Made by a program: the position numbers and the translations under genes
Notes under the pieces: generated by a model
Databases searched by the model: none
The model's input: only the letters and a program-made list of their open reading frames with translations
What the model was told of the DNA's origin: nothing
Shown: positions 15,001 to 27,205 of the stretch, piece after piece
Layout: each line of letters begins with the position of its first letter
Position numbering within the stretch: the first letter of the stretch is position 1
Assembly (NCBI GenBank): GCA_964016885.1
Contig: OZ024742.1
Span: forward strand, 100,874,001 to 100,938,000
DNA: 64,000 bases
Direction: 5' to 3'
Source of the DNA: Eledone cirrhosa
Taxonomy: Eukaryota

Positions 15001-18000
15001 TGGTGTCTGTGATGTTGATTATAACAGTCAGGATAGTTGTGTGGTATCTGTGATGTTGGTTATAACAGCCAGGATGGTTGTGTGGTATCTGTGATGTTGG
15101 TTATAACAGTCAGGATGGTTGTGTGGTGTCTGTGATGTTGGTTATTACAGCGAGGATGGTTGTGTGGTATCTGTGATGTTGGTTATAACAGTCAGGATGG
15201 TTGTGTGGTATCTGTGATGTTGGTTGTAACAGTCAGGATGGTTGTGTGGTGTCTGTGATGTTGGTTATAACAGCCAGGATGGTTGTGTGGTATCTGTGAT
15301 GTTGGTTATAACAGTCAGGATGGTTGTGTGGTATCTGTGATGTTGGTTGTAACAGTCAGGATGGTTGTGTGGTATCTGTGATGTTGGTTGTAACAGTCAG
15401 GATGGTTGTGTGGTATTTGTGATGTTGGTTATAACAGTCAGGATGGTTGTGTGGTGTCTGTGATGTTGGTTATAACAGTCAGGATAGTTGTGTGGTGTCT
15501 GTGATGTTGGTTGTAACAGTCAGGATGGTTGTGTGGTATTTGTGATGTTGGTTATAACAGCCAGGATGGTTGTGTGGTGTCTGTGATGTTGGTTATAACA
15601 GCCAGGATAGTTGTGTGGTATCTGTGATGTTGGTTATAACAGTCAGGATGGTTGTGTGGTATCTGTGATGTTGGTTGTAACAGTCAGGATGGTTGTGTGG
15701 TATCTGTGATGTTGGTTGTAACAGTTAGGATGGTTGTGTGGTATCTGTGATGTTGATTATAACAGTCAGGATGGTTGTGTGGTGTCTGTGATGTTGATTA
15801 TAACAGTCAGGATGGTTGTGTTGTGTCTGTGATGTTGATTATAACAGTCAGGATGGTTGTGTGGTGTCTGTGATGTTGGTTGTAACAGTCAGGATGGTTG
15901 TATGGTGTCTGTGATGTTGATTATAACAGCCAGGATGGTTGTGTGGTATTTGTGATGTTGGTTATAACAGCCAGGATAGTTGTGTGGTATCTGTGATGTT
16001 GGTTATAACAGTCAGGATGGTTGTGTGGTATCTGTGATGTTGGTTGTAACAGTCAGGATGGTTGTGTGGTATCTGTGATGTTGGTTGTAACAGTTAGGAT
16101 GGTTGTGTGGTGTCTGTGATGTTGATTATAACAGTCAGGATGGTTGTGTGGTATCTGTGATGTTGGTTGTAACAGTCAGGATGGTTGTGTGGTGTCTGTG
16201 ATGTTGGTTGTAACAGTCAGGATGATTGTGTGGTATCTGTGATGTTGATTGTAACAGTCAGGATGGTTGTGTGGTGTCTGTGATGTTGGTTATAACAGTC
16301 AGGATGGTTGTGTGATGTCTGTGATGTTGGTTATAACAGTCAGGATAGTTGTGTGGTGTCTGTGATGTTGGTTGTAACAGTCAGGATAGTTGTGTGGTGT
16401 CTGTGATGTTGGTTGTAACAGTCAGGATGATTGTGTGGTATCTGTGATGTTGATTGTAACAGTCAGGATGGTTGTGTGGTGTCTGTGATGTTGATTATAA
16501 CAGTCAGGATGGTTGTGTGGTGTCTGTGATGTTGGTTGTAACAGTCAGGATGGTTGTGTGGTGTCTGTGATGTTGATTATAACAGCCAGGATGGTTGTGT
16601 GGTATTTGTGATGTTGGTTATAACAGCCAGGATAGTTGTGTGGTATCTGTGATGTTGGTTATAACAGTCAGGATGGTTGTGTGGTATCTGTGATGTTGGT
16701 TGTAACAGTCAGGATGGTTGTGTGGTATCTGTGATGTTGGTTGTAACAGTTAGGATGGTTGTGTGGTGTCTGTGATGTTGATTATAACAGTCAGGATGAT
16801 TGTGTGGTATCTGTGATGTTGGTTGTAACAGTCAGGATGGTCGTGTGGTATCTGTGATGTTGGTTGTAACAGTCAGGATGGTTGTGTGGTATCTGTGATG
16901 TTGGTTGTAACAGTCAGGATGGTTGTGTGGTGTCTGTGATGTTGGTTGTAACAGTCAGGATGATTGTGTGGTATCTGTGATGTTAATTGTATCAGTCAGG
17001 ATGGTTGTGTGGTGTCTGTGATGTTGGTTATAACAGTCAGGATGGTTGTGTGATGTCTGTGATGTTGGTTATAACAGTCAGGATAGTTGTGTGGTGTCTG
17101 TGATGTTGGTTGTAACAGTCAGGATGGTTGTGTGGTGTCTGTGATGTTGGTTGTAACAGTCAGGATGATTGTGTGGTATCTGTGATGTTGATTGTAACAG
17201 TCAGGATGGTTGTGTGGTGTCTGTGATGTTGGTTATAACAGTCAGGATGGTTGTGTGATGTCTGTGATGTTGGTTATAACAGTCAGGATGGTTGTGTGGT
17301 GTCTGTGATGTTGGTTATAACAGTCAGGATGGTTGTGTGGTGTCTGTGATGTTGATTATAACAGCCAGGATGGTTGTGTGGTGTCTGTGATGTTGGTGGT
17401 AACAGTCAGGATGGTTGTGTGGTATCTGTGATGTTGGTTGTAACTGCCAGGATGGTTGTGTGGTGTCTGTGATGTTGGTGGTAACAGTCAGGATGGTTGT
17501 GTGGTGTCTGTGATGTTGATTATAACAGTCAGGATGGTTGTGTGGTGCCTGTGATGTTGGTTATAACAGTAAGGATGGTTGTGTGGTGTCTGTGATGTTG
17601 GTTATAACAGTAAGGATGGTTGTGTGGTGTCTGATGTTGGTTATAACAGTCAGGATGGTTGTGTATGTCTGTGATGTTGGTGGTAACAGTCAGGATGGTT
17701 GTGTGGTGTCTGTGATGTTGATTATAACAGTCAGGATGGTTGTGTGGTGTCTGTGATGTTGGTTATAACAGTCACGATGGTTGTGTGGTATCTGTGATGT
17801 TGGTTATAACAGTCAGGATGGTTGTGTGGTATCTGTGATGTCGGTTGTAACAGTCAGGATGGTTGTGTGGTATCTGTGATGTTGGTTGTAACAGTTAGGA
17901 TGGTTGTGTGGTGTCTGTGATGTTGATTATAACAGTCAGGATGATTGTGTGGTATCTGTGATGTTGGTTGTAACAGTCAGGATGGTTGTGTGGTATCTGT

Positions 18001-21000
18001 GATGTTGGTTGTAACAGTCAGGATGGTTGTGTGGTATCTGTGATGTTGGTTGTAACAGTCAGGATGGTTGTGTGGTGTCTGTGATGTTGGTGGTAACAGT
18101 CAGGATGGTTGTGTGGTGCCTGTGATGTTGGTTATAACAGTCAGGATGGTTGTGTGGTATCTGTGATGTTGGTTATAACAATCAGGATGGTTATGTGGTG
18201 TCTGTGATGTTGATTATAACAGTCAGGATGGTTGTGTGGTGTCTGTGATGTTGATTATAACAGTCAGGATAGTTGTGTGGTATCTGTGATGTTGGTTGTA
18301 ACAGTCAGGATGGTTGTGTGGTGTCTGTGATGTTGATTATATCAGTCAGGATGGTTGTGTGGTGTCTGTGATGTTGGTTGTAACAGTCAGGATGGTTGTG
18401 TGGTATCTGATGTTGGTTGTAACAGCCAGGATGGTTGTGTGGTATCTGTGATGTTGGTTGTAACAGCCAGGATGGTTGTGTGGTGTCTGTGATGTTGATT
18501 ATAACAGTCAGGATGGTTGTGTGGTGTCTGTGATGTTGGTTGTAACAGTCAGGATGGTTGTCTGGTGTCTGTGATGTTGGTTGTAACAGTCAGGATGGTT
18601 GTGTGGTATCTGTGATGTTGGTTGTAACAGCCAGGATGGTTGTGTGGTGTCTGTGATGTTGGTTATAACAGTCAGGATGGTTGTGTGGTGTCTGTGATGT
18701 TGGTTATAACAGTCAGGATGGTTGTGTGGTGTCTGTGATGTTGATTATAACAGTCAGGATGGTTGTTTGGTGTCTGTGATGTTGGTTATAACAGTAAGGA
18801 TGGTTGTGTGGTGTCTGTGATGTTGGTTATAACAGTCAGGATGGTTGTGTGGTATCTGTGATGTTGGTTGTAACAGTCAGGATGGTTGTGTGGTATCTGT
18901 GATGTTGGTTGTAACAGCCAGGATGATTGTGTGGTGTCTGTGATGTTGATTATAACAGTCAGGATGGTTGTCTGGTGTCTGTGATGTTGGTTGTAACAGT
19001 CAGGATGGTTGTGTGGTATCTGTGATGTTGGTTGTAACAGCCAGGATGGTTGTGTGGTGTCTGTGATGTAGGTTATAACAGTCATGATGGTTGTGTGGTG
19101 TCTGTGATGTTGATTATAACAGCCAGGATGGTTGTGTGGTGTCTGTGATGTTGGTGGTAACAGTCAGGATGGTTGTGTGGTGTCTGTGATGTTGGTTATA
19201 ACAATCAGGATGGTTGTGTGGTATCTGTGATGTTGGTTGTAACAGCCAGGATGGTTGTGTGGTGTCTGTGATGTTGGTTATAACAGTCAGGATGGTTGTG
19301 TGGTGTCTGTGATGTTGATTATAACAGTCAGGATGGTTGTTTGGTGTCTGTGATGTTGGTTATAACAGTAAGGATGGTTGTGTGGTGTCTGATGTTGGTT
19401 ATAACAGTCAGGATGGTTGTGTGGTGTCTGTGATGTTGGTGGTAACAGTCAGGATGGTTGTGTGGTGTCTGTGATGTTGATTATAACAGTCAGGATGGTT
19501 GTGTGGTGCCTGTGATGTTGGTTATAACAGTAAGGATGGTTGTGTGGTGTCTGTGATGTTGGTTATAACAGTAAGGATGGTTGTGTGGTGTCTGATGTTG
19601 GTTATAACAGTCAGGATGGTTGTGTGGTGTCTGTGATGTTGGTGGTAACAGTCAGGATGGTTGTGTGGTGTCTGTGATGTTGATTATAACAGTCAGGATG
19701 GTTGTGTGGTGTCTGTGATGTTGGTTATAACAGTCAGGATGGTTGTGTGGTGTCTGTGATGTTGGTGGTAACAGTCAGGATGGTTGTGTGGTATCTGTGA
19801 TATTGGTTATAACAGTCAGGATGGTTGTGTGGTGTCTGCGATGTTGATTATAACAGTCAGGATGGTTGTGTGGTGTCTGTGATGTTGGTTGTAACAGTCA
19901 GGATTGTTGTGTGGTATCTGTGATGTTGGTTGTAACAGCCAGGATGGTTGTGTGCTGTCTGTGATGTTGATTATAACAGTCAGGATGGTTGTCTGGTGTC
20001 TGTGATGTTGGTTGTAACAGTCAGGATGGTTTTTTTGGTATCTGTGATGTTGATTATAACAGTCAGGATGGTTGTGTGGTATCTGTGATGTTGGTTGTAA
20101 CAGCCAGGATGGTTGTGTGGTGTCTGTGATGTTGGTTATAACAGTCAGCATGGTTGTCTGGTGTCTGTGATGTTGGTTGTAACAGTCAGGATGGTTGTGT
20201 GGTGTCTGTGATGTTGGTTATAACAGTCAGGATGGTTGTGTGGTGTCTGTAATGTTGGTTATAACAGTCAGGATGGTTGTGTGGTGTCTGTGATGTTGAT
20301 TATAACAGTCAGGATGGTTGTGTGGTGTCTGATGTTGATTACAACAGTCAGGATGGTTGTGTGGTATCTGTGATGTTGGTTGTAACAGTTAGGATGGTTG
20401 TGTGGTATTTGTGATGTTGGTTATAACAGTCAGGATGGTTGTGTGGTGTCTGTGATGTTGGTTGTAACAGTCAGGATGGTTGTGTGGTGTCTGTGATGTT
20501 GGTTATAACAGTCAGGATGGTTGTTTGGTATCTGTGATGTTGGTTATAACAGCCAGGATGGTTGTGTGGTATCTGTGATGTTGGTTATAACAGTCAGGAT
20601 GGTTGTGTAGTGTCTGTGATGTTGGTTATAACAGTCAGGATGGTTGTCTGGTATCTGTGATGTTGGTTGTAACAGCCAGGATGGTTGTGTGGTGTCTGTG
20701 ATGTTGGTTATAACAGTCAGGATGGTTGTCTGGTGTCTGTGATGTTGGTTGTAACAGTCAGGATGGTTGTGTGGTGTCTGTGATGTTGGTTATAACAGTC
20801 AGGATGGTTGTGTGGTGTCTGTGATGTTGATTATAACAGTCAGGATGGTTGTGTGGTGTCTGTAATGTTGGTTATAACAGTCAGGATGGTTGTGTGGTGT
20901 CTGTGATGTTGATTATAACAGTCAGGATGGTTGTGTGGTGTCTGTGATGTTGGTTGTAACAGTCAGGATGGTTGTGTGGTATCTGTGATGTTGGTTATAA

Positions 21001-21925
21001 CAGTCAGGATGGTTGTGTGGTGTCTGTGATGTTGATTATAACAGTCAGGATGGTTGTGTGGTATCTGTAATGTTGGTTGTAACAGTCAGGATGGTTGTGT
21101 GGTGTCTGTGATGTTGATTATAACAGTCAGGATGGTTGTGTGGTGTCTGTGATGTTGGTTGTAACAGTCAGGATGGTTGTGTGGTATCTGTGATGTTGGT
21201 TATAACAGTCAGGATGGTTGTGTGGTGTCTGTGATGTTGATTATAACAGTCAGGATGGTTGTGTGGTATCTGTAATGTTGGTTGTAACAGTCAGGATGGT
21301 TGTGTGGTGTCTGTGATGTTGGTTATAACAGTCAGGATGGTTGTTTGGTATCTGTGATGTTGGTTATAACAGCCAGGATGATTGTGTGGTATCTGTGATG
21401 TTGGTTATAACAGTCAGGATGGTTGTTTGGTATCTGTGATGTTGGTTATAACAGTCAGGATGGTTGTTTGGTATCTGTGATGTTGGTTATAACAGCCAGG
21501 ATGGTTGTGTGGTATCTGTGATGTTGGTTATAACAGTCAGGATGGTTGTGTAGTGTCTGTGATGTTGGTTGTAACAGTCAGGATGGTTGTGTGGTGTCTG
21601 TGATGTTGGTGGTAACAGTCAGGATGGTTGTGTGGTGTCTGTGATGTTGGTTATAACAGTCAGGATTGTTGTTTGGTATCTGTGATGTTGGTTATAACAG
21701 CCAGGATGGTTGTGTGGTATCTGTGATGTTGGTTATAACAGTCAGGATTGTTGTGTGGTGTCTGTGATGCTGGTTGTAACAGTCAGGATGGTTGTGTGGT
21801 GTCTGTGATGTTGGTTATAACAGTCAGGATGGTTGTGTGGTATCTGTGATGTTGGTTATAACAGTCACGATGGTTGTATGGTGTCTGTGATGTTGATTAT
21901 AACAGTCAGGATGGTTGTGTGTATC
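1..21925. repeat. 41-bp tandem satellite array, ~535 units, consensus ACAGTCAGGATGGTTGTGTGGTRTCTGTGATGTTGRTTRTA; continues past the left edge
   Basis: Period of 41 read directly (ACAG unit starts at 891 and 932). No non-repeat interruption seen up to a sharp end near 21,925. The + strand is strongly G/T-rich. Confidence 0.98.
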
Positions 21926-22128
21926 TTCCAGTCTTATGCCAGCAACTTTTAAATAATGCACCAACTTTTGATATTGAAAAATAGAGATAATAATGGAAGT
22001 GAGCTGGAGTATGTAGCTAGCATTAATAATTTAGCAAAATCAACTTCTCAACTCTAGATTATGTGGTACAAGTATATAGTCGTTGGGAACTGTAGGTTAT
22101 GCAGTATAACATACCACACACACACATA

Positions 22129-22205
22129 TTGTGTTGTAACATAAATTTCCGCTGTTTTTTTTTCATTAAGTTTTATAACAACGGCGGGAATTTGTTACAA
22201 CCCAA
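22129..22205. mobile_element. Tiny (~77 bp) mariner-type MITE made almost entirely of two terminal inverted repeats
   Basis: TA|TTGTGTTGTAACATAAATTTCCGCTGTT ... AACGGCGGGAATTTGTTACAACCCAA|TA; TA flanks; termini resemble those of the 37,020-37,580 element. Confidence 0.75.
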
Positions 22206-22219
22206 TATATATATATATA

Positions 22220-23078
22220 CAGGGTGTGCAAGATTACTGTCTAGGAAAAAATAACACAGTAGTTTTATTTTTTAAGATTTATTTATCAAACTTGGGTCAG
22301 TTTGTCTTCATGACTTGTTCTTTCGCTCTCACTTGATAAACCCGCCATTGGCTTTGATGACGGTCTCAAGGCGGCCTCGGAACCGGCTACAGGCCTTCTT
22401 CACTGTCTCCCAACTTAGGCCCCTAAAGGCACTTGTGATCCTGGCCTTCAGATCGTCTTTCATATTGCAGCTAGATCTGTTGGTGTCTCGTCCCACTGCG
22501 CCCGACACAAAGAAGTCGAGGGGGTTGCAGTCAGGCGAGCTGGGAGGCCAGATGTCGGGTGAAGTGTGGTCGACGAAGTTCTCTGACAGCCAGGCTTTGG
22601 TCTTTCGGCTGGTATGGCAGGGCGCTGAGTCTTGCTGCCACACGTACTGCCTACCCGCAGCTACCTGGTCGATCCAGGGCTTTACTACCTCGCTCAGAAC
22701 GCGGATGTAGCCATCGGTGTTCAGCTTGAGGCCCTCAGGGAAGAAGTGAGGTGGCATGACGACACCTAAGACCAATGTTTTTGTTGGAAACTTTGTCTGC
22801 ATGACTCTGGGCACGTCTTTGGATGAGACAGCGAGCCACCTGTTGTTCTGGGAGTTGATCTTCTGGTCTTATTTGTCCTCCCGGTGTGGATTCCAAGAAG
22901 AACTCTGTGTCTCTTCCACAAATTTGGAGGTTCAAAATTATTCATAATCAATTATTCTGAAAATAAATAATGGAAATGTAGTCACTGTTTTTATGAAGAC
23001 AAGAGTGACAACGGAAGTAAAAAAAATGTGCATAAAATTAACAGTTGAAAATTGCGAACAGATATCGTCCGCACCCTG
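22220..23078 (-). mobile_element. Tc1/mariner superfamily DD37D (maT) transposon, internally deleted
   Basis: TA|CAGGGTG...CACCCTG|TA degenerate TIRs. ORF 22329-22814 has QQDSAPCH...WPPSSPDCNPLD with 37 residues between the two Asp. A short N-terminal piece (MNNFEPPNLWKRHRVLLGIHTG) joins DQKINSQNNRW in another frame, indicating a deletion. Confidence 0.9.
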
Positions 23079-23087
23079 TATATGAGA

Positions 23088-23626
23088 GAGAGAGAGGATG
23101 AAGTTGGAAATAGCACGGAAGATATGTTTAAAGGTCTGTTTTTCTTCTTTGATTCGTCAAAGTGACATTATTGAAAAGATAGTGTTATTAAAAAGATAAT
23201 GTTATTAAAAAAAGAGAGGGACAATTCCTTTTTGAAAATTTTTTTATGAAGTATAAAGTGTATGAGAAAATTACCGGTTTCTATGTATTAAGATCCATCT
23301 TGTCAAATTCAGTGAAAAAAGTTAATTAAAAATGGAGTAAAAAAAAGGTTTAAAATCAAAAACGAATGTTTGAGTAAAATTTCTTCCATTATGCCTTCTG
23401 AAAAGTAGGCAGGGAATTCCCTGCCAATTTTTCAGAAGGCATGATGGAAGACTTTATATACTTCATAAAAAAATTTTCAAAAAAGAATTGTCCCTCTTTC
23501 TTTTTTTAATAACATTATCTTTTTAATAACACTATATTTTCAATAATGTCACTTTGATGAATCAAAAAAGAAAAACAGACCCTTAAACATATCTCCCGTG
23601 CTATTTCCAACTTCATCTTTTCTCTA
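23088..23626. repeat. Fold-back element: ~170-bp inverted arms plus an inner ~65-bp hairpin centred on GGGAATTCCC
   Basis: ~23,090-23,259 is the near reverse complement of ~23,451-23,625; inner palindrome at ~23,383-23,450. Confidence 0.85.
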
Positions 23627-23751
23627 TACCCACTGTTTTGTATAGAACCTCATTTCCTTTTTCTAATATATATATATATATATTATGAAATACAACCCAT
23701 ATACAGCTGTTGTGAAATACCTCGAGTGCATATGTGGAAACTGTGAAAGCC

Positions 23752-23785
<34 letters not shown>

Positions 23786-24089
23786 AATGTAGCAGTTCGT
23801 CAAGAGATCGATAAAATAAGTAACAAACTTCAAAAAATATGTACTGGGGTCAGTATGATGAACTAAAACCTTTGAAGGTGGTGCCCCAGCATGACCCGCA
23901 GTCTAATGACTGAAACAAGTAAAAGAATAAAAGAATCATTTAAGAACGAAAGTTTTCTGTTTTTGATTTTACAGTGGTAGCCATAGTAGTAGACATTTTG
24001 TTGATGTGGAGAATAGAGTTGTCTCCCTTGTTATAAATAATCTAAGGGGAATAACTACTACATATAGTTTGTTTTTGTTTTGTTTTCAG

Positions 24090-24458
24090 CTTCATCACAT
24101 AGACCCCCACATTTACCAGTAACTACCACCATTCCGTCTACCACTACAACTACCACCACTCGAAGATCTACACATTCTACCACCACCAAAAAACCGTCCA
24201 CTGTAAGTTCCACGACAACCAAGAGAACCACCATTACTACATCCCCCTCAACAACCACCCAAAGACAAAGTAGTAGTAGCCGCACTAATACTCCGAGAAG
24301 AAAAAGCACCAAAGCTCAAACTACAACACCCTACAGACACGTTACTACAACATATAGACCCCAAAAGAAGTGCCCAGAAAAAACTGTTGATGGGATATGG
24401 TGGCCAACTATAAATTCTGGGTCTGTCAGTGAACGGCCTTGCCCTGGGGATAAAATCG
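24090..24458 (+). CDS. Cirl: aGPCR exon: Thr/Ser-rich stalk and start of HormR domain (CPEKTVDGIWWP...RPCPG)
   Basis: Acceptor ttttcag, donor G|gtgagg, phase 1-1; ORF 24080-24493. Confidence 0.9.
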
Positions 24459-25349
24459 GTGAGGCTATTTTTATTTTTATCTTACGGAATTAGCTCCTAC
24501 TCAGTTTCATTATTAACTCAACTTACCAGTCAAATATTTTATTTATAAAGTGTCCTACTATGTATTAGTAATATAGTTAATGGATACACATACACATCTG
24601 TTGTATCCAACAATATACTTATCAAAGAGCTTCTTTTACCTCAGTCTCCCTGAGTCAGTGGAAAAGTAATGGGTGTGATGAGATGATCATCATCTTGGTC
24701 AGGACTAATTTAAGCCACAGTTGGTGGTCCCAAGAAGGAAACTAAGTGTGATGGTGATGACAGGTAGAAGAGTTTGCCTGCTACTGCCATCATACTTCAT
24801 TTTCTTTCATTTGAAAAATATCATGAAATAAATGTAAAAGTGTAAACTGTTGTTTTGTCATTTCTTACTTGAATTTTACAGGCTTTCTGAACACAATCTT
24901 CACCATATATTTCACAACTCGTATATTTCACGATACTTCACATAAACTATATGTATATTTCCAACTTGCATTGAAGGCAGAAAATTGGCAAAGTTGAACC
25001 CACCAGGGTCAACTTTACCTTTCACACTTTCAAAGTTGATTAAAAAAAGTACCAGTCTAGTATTAGTGGCTATTCTTCCTCTATTTTTTTTTTATCACTT
25101 CCTGTCTCTGTCACCCTCCTTCCCTCCAAAGAATTGGCTGTGTTCAAACGTTTAGAGGGTTTGGGCTCTGCCAGGTTTTTAAAACATATGCTGTATGTCA
25201 CTATGATACACCTACGACTCCACCAGAAGTTACAGATCCATACATATATACAACTTGTATTGTACTGACTTTCCTAACATGTTTTAACTACATATCTTCT
25301 CACAAATGCTTTAAGTAACTATACAAATTTGTTTTATTGTTTTTGACAG

Positions 25350-25447
25350 GAATCGCAAAGTGGCAATGTGGGGAAAGTCGTTGGATTCGACCAGCTCCAA
25401 ACTATACTGACTGTGTGGCACCATGGCTGCAAGATATAGCAAACAAT
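25350..25447 (+). CDS. Cirl: aGPCR exon: HormR domain (GIAKWQCGESRWIRPAPNYTDCVAPWLQDIANN)
   Basis: Acceptor tttgacag, donor gtacgt, phase 1-0; conserved HormR Cys/Trp pattern. Confidence 0.9.
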
Positions 25448-26085
25448 GTACGTGACATGTTAAATTATGATCCAAATGTACGTGAAACTTCACACTTTCA
25501 TTTATATGTATCTTTCTATATTCACAAACACATACACACACACTCACAACTGTAAACCTTGCACTCACACATACACGTATACACACACGACTGTATACCT
25601 AACAGTCATACACTAAAAAACTGTTTAACTTGTTCTGTAAATATGTCAAGTTAGAATTTTATCCTATAAAATTATCAACATTTGATGACAGTTATCCTTT
25701 GTCTATTTTTAATTAACGTCTTATGTTAATAATAATTAAAATAATAATAATAATTTCAAAGTTGCATTTGTTTAGCAAGTGATGTGATTTGTGACTTAAT
25801 TCGAAATTAAAACAATTATAATGTGGAAGAGTCACTTTAACCAATGAAAGACACAGAAACTGTTGAAAATGCATACAACAGTGTGTGTGTGTGTGTGTGT
25901 TTTGAATGACATTTTAGTTATTCAAAACACGCACAGAAACTCTTCCACAATATAATTGCAAAAATAAAGATGATTTCGAAATTAAGTTATAGGCATGGCT
26001 GTGTGATTTTCATGTATTATGCAGTCAGACTTTTACCAAGATCTCTTACAACTTTGTAGAAATCCTCCTACATACATTTCCTTAA

Positions 26086-26284
26086 CCCTTTGGCATTTAC
26101 ATCACTTTATATATACTATTATATTTTCATGGTGAAGGTTTTAATATCGAATCTTTGAGATTTTGATATTATTTATTTTGAGAACAATACTTTAACATCA
26201 GTATGAGCGGCTGAATACAGTCAGTTTGAGCAGAGAGAGGTGAGAGAATTCTGGCCAGATACGGCTGGTTTAAATGCTAAAGGG
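26086..26284. mobile_element. ~199-bp piggyBac-like MITE (family A)
   Basis: TTAA|CCCTTTGGCATTTA ... TAAATGCTAAAGGG|TTAA; related copies at 30,743-30,941, 34,118-34,307 and partial ~61,184-61,290. Confidence 0.8.
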
Positions 26285-26523
26285 TTAATCTTGGTTTTTG
26301 TGTAAGCAGTATTTCTGCTGCTTATGAAAGTTAATGGCTGAGTGGTTAGGTTGTTAGGCTCATGATTGTCAGGAGGTCATAAGTTTGGTTGAATTTAACA
26401 GTTAAATGACTAAAGTAACATAATAGATTGGTATCAAAAGGATTAATTACTTGACACTTCACTTTTACCCACTTTAAATTAAAAGTTTTAGTAATTTAAT
26501 TTTTGTTGACTATATTATTTCAG

Positions 26524-26706
26524 GTAAATGTTACCCAACCTCAAACATCTATGGGTAACCTCTCCAAACTTATGAGGTCTTCTTTTCTTGGTTCTGGTGA
26601 TATTATAAAAACTACCAAAGAGATTATTCCAGGCCTTACCAGAATACTCCAAAGAGAAGTTGAGCACACCAAACATAAGATGAAGCTAGTAACAAATTTT
26701 ACTGAG
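26524..26706 (+). CDS. Cirl: aGPCR exon: GAIN subdomain A (VNVTQPQ...LGSGDI...NFTE)
   Basis: Acceptor tttcag, donor GAG|gtaaat, 183 nt, phase 0-0; GD(I/L) motif of GAIN-A. Confidence 0.85.
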
Positions 26707-26713
26707 GTAAATT

Positions 26714-27205
26714 ATAATAATAATGATAATAAGGAAAATTATTGTGCCTAGTGCTCAGGTGCACTACAACTCATCAAAGGTGCATTTATAGTACATAGAA
26801 TAATGTACAAATGTCAGGAAAGTGAACAGTGTATGAGTCATGGTATGCACACACACATGTATGCGTGTGTATGGAGGGGGAATATCAGGTGTAGTGTTGG
26901 TGAATTTCAGGAAGCATAGAAGTTTTGAAGGATGAAGTGTCCCGACAGCTAACAACCGATGCAGGTAGTTTTAAGCGTGAAAAAATGTTTCCGAAAGTGA
27001 TGGGAGCTATGCTGTTTTCTGACTTTATAGGCATGTCCACGGGTGTTAGACACATGGAATTCAGAAAAGTGCTCAGGGTTATTGTTGGCTAGATGGTTAA
27101 TTTTGTGGGTATTTACCAAATCAGTTGCCAGACATTGGAGCTTTAATGTATCGATGCCCATGGAAGCAAGGTGTTCAAAGTATGATAGATGCCTGATGGA
27201 GGTTG
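26714..27205 (-). mobile_element. 5'-truncated CR1-type LINE 3' end
   Basis: Homologous to ~50,471-50,960 (shared AGTGCTCAGGTGCACTACAACTCATCAAA and the RGHAYK...HFFTL peptide); (ATT)n-like tail. Confidence 0.9.

Noticed and set aside
1-21925. CRISPR array, telomere repeat or protein-coding repeat
   Set aside because: Units abut with no unique spacers and no cas genes are present. The unit is not TTAGGG-like. 41 is not a multiple of 3 and stops recur; ORFs 17538, 18786 and 19816 are chance runs of stop-free variants.
24058-24312. Hydrophobic minus-strand ORF
   Set aside because: It is the antisense shadow of the Thr-rich stalk exon.
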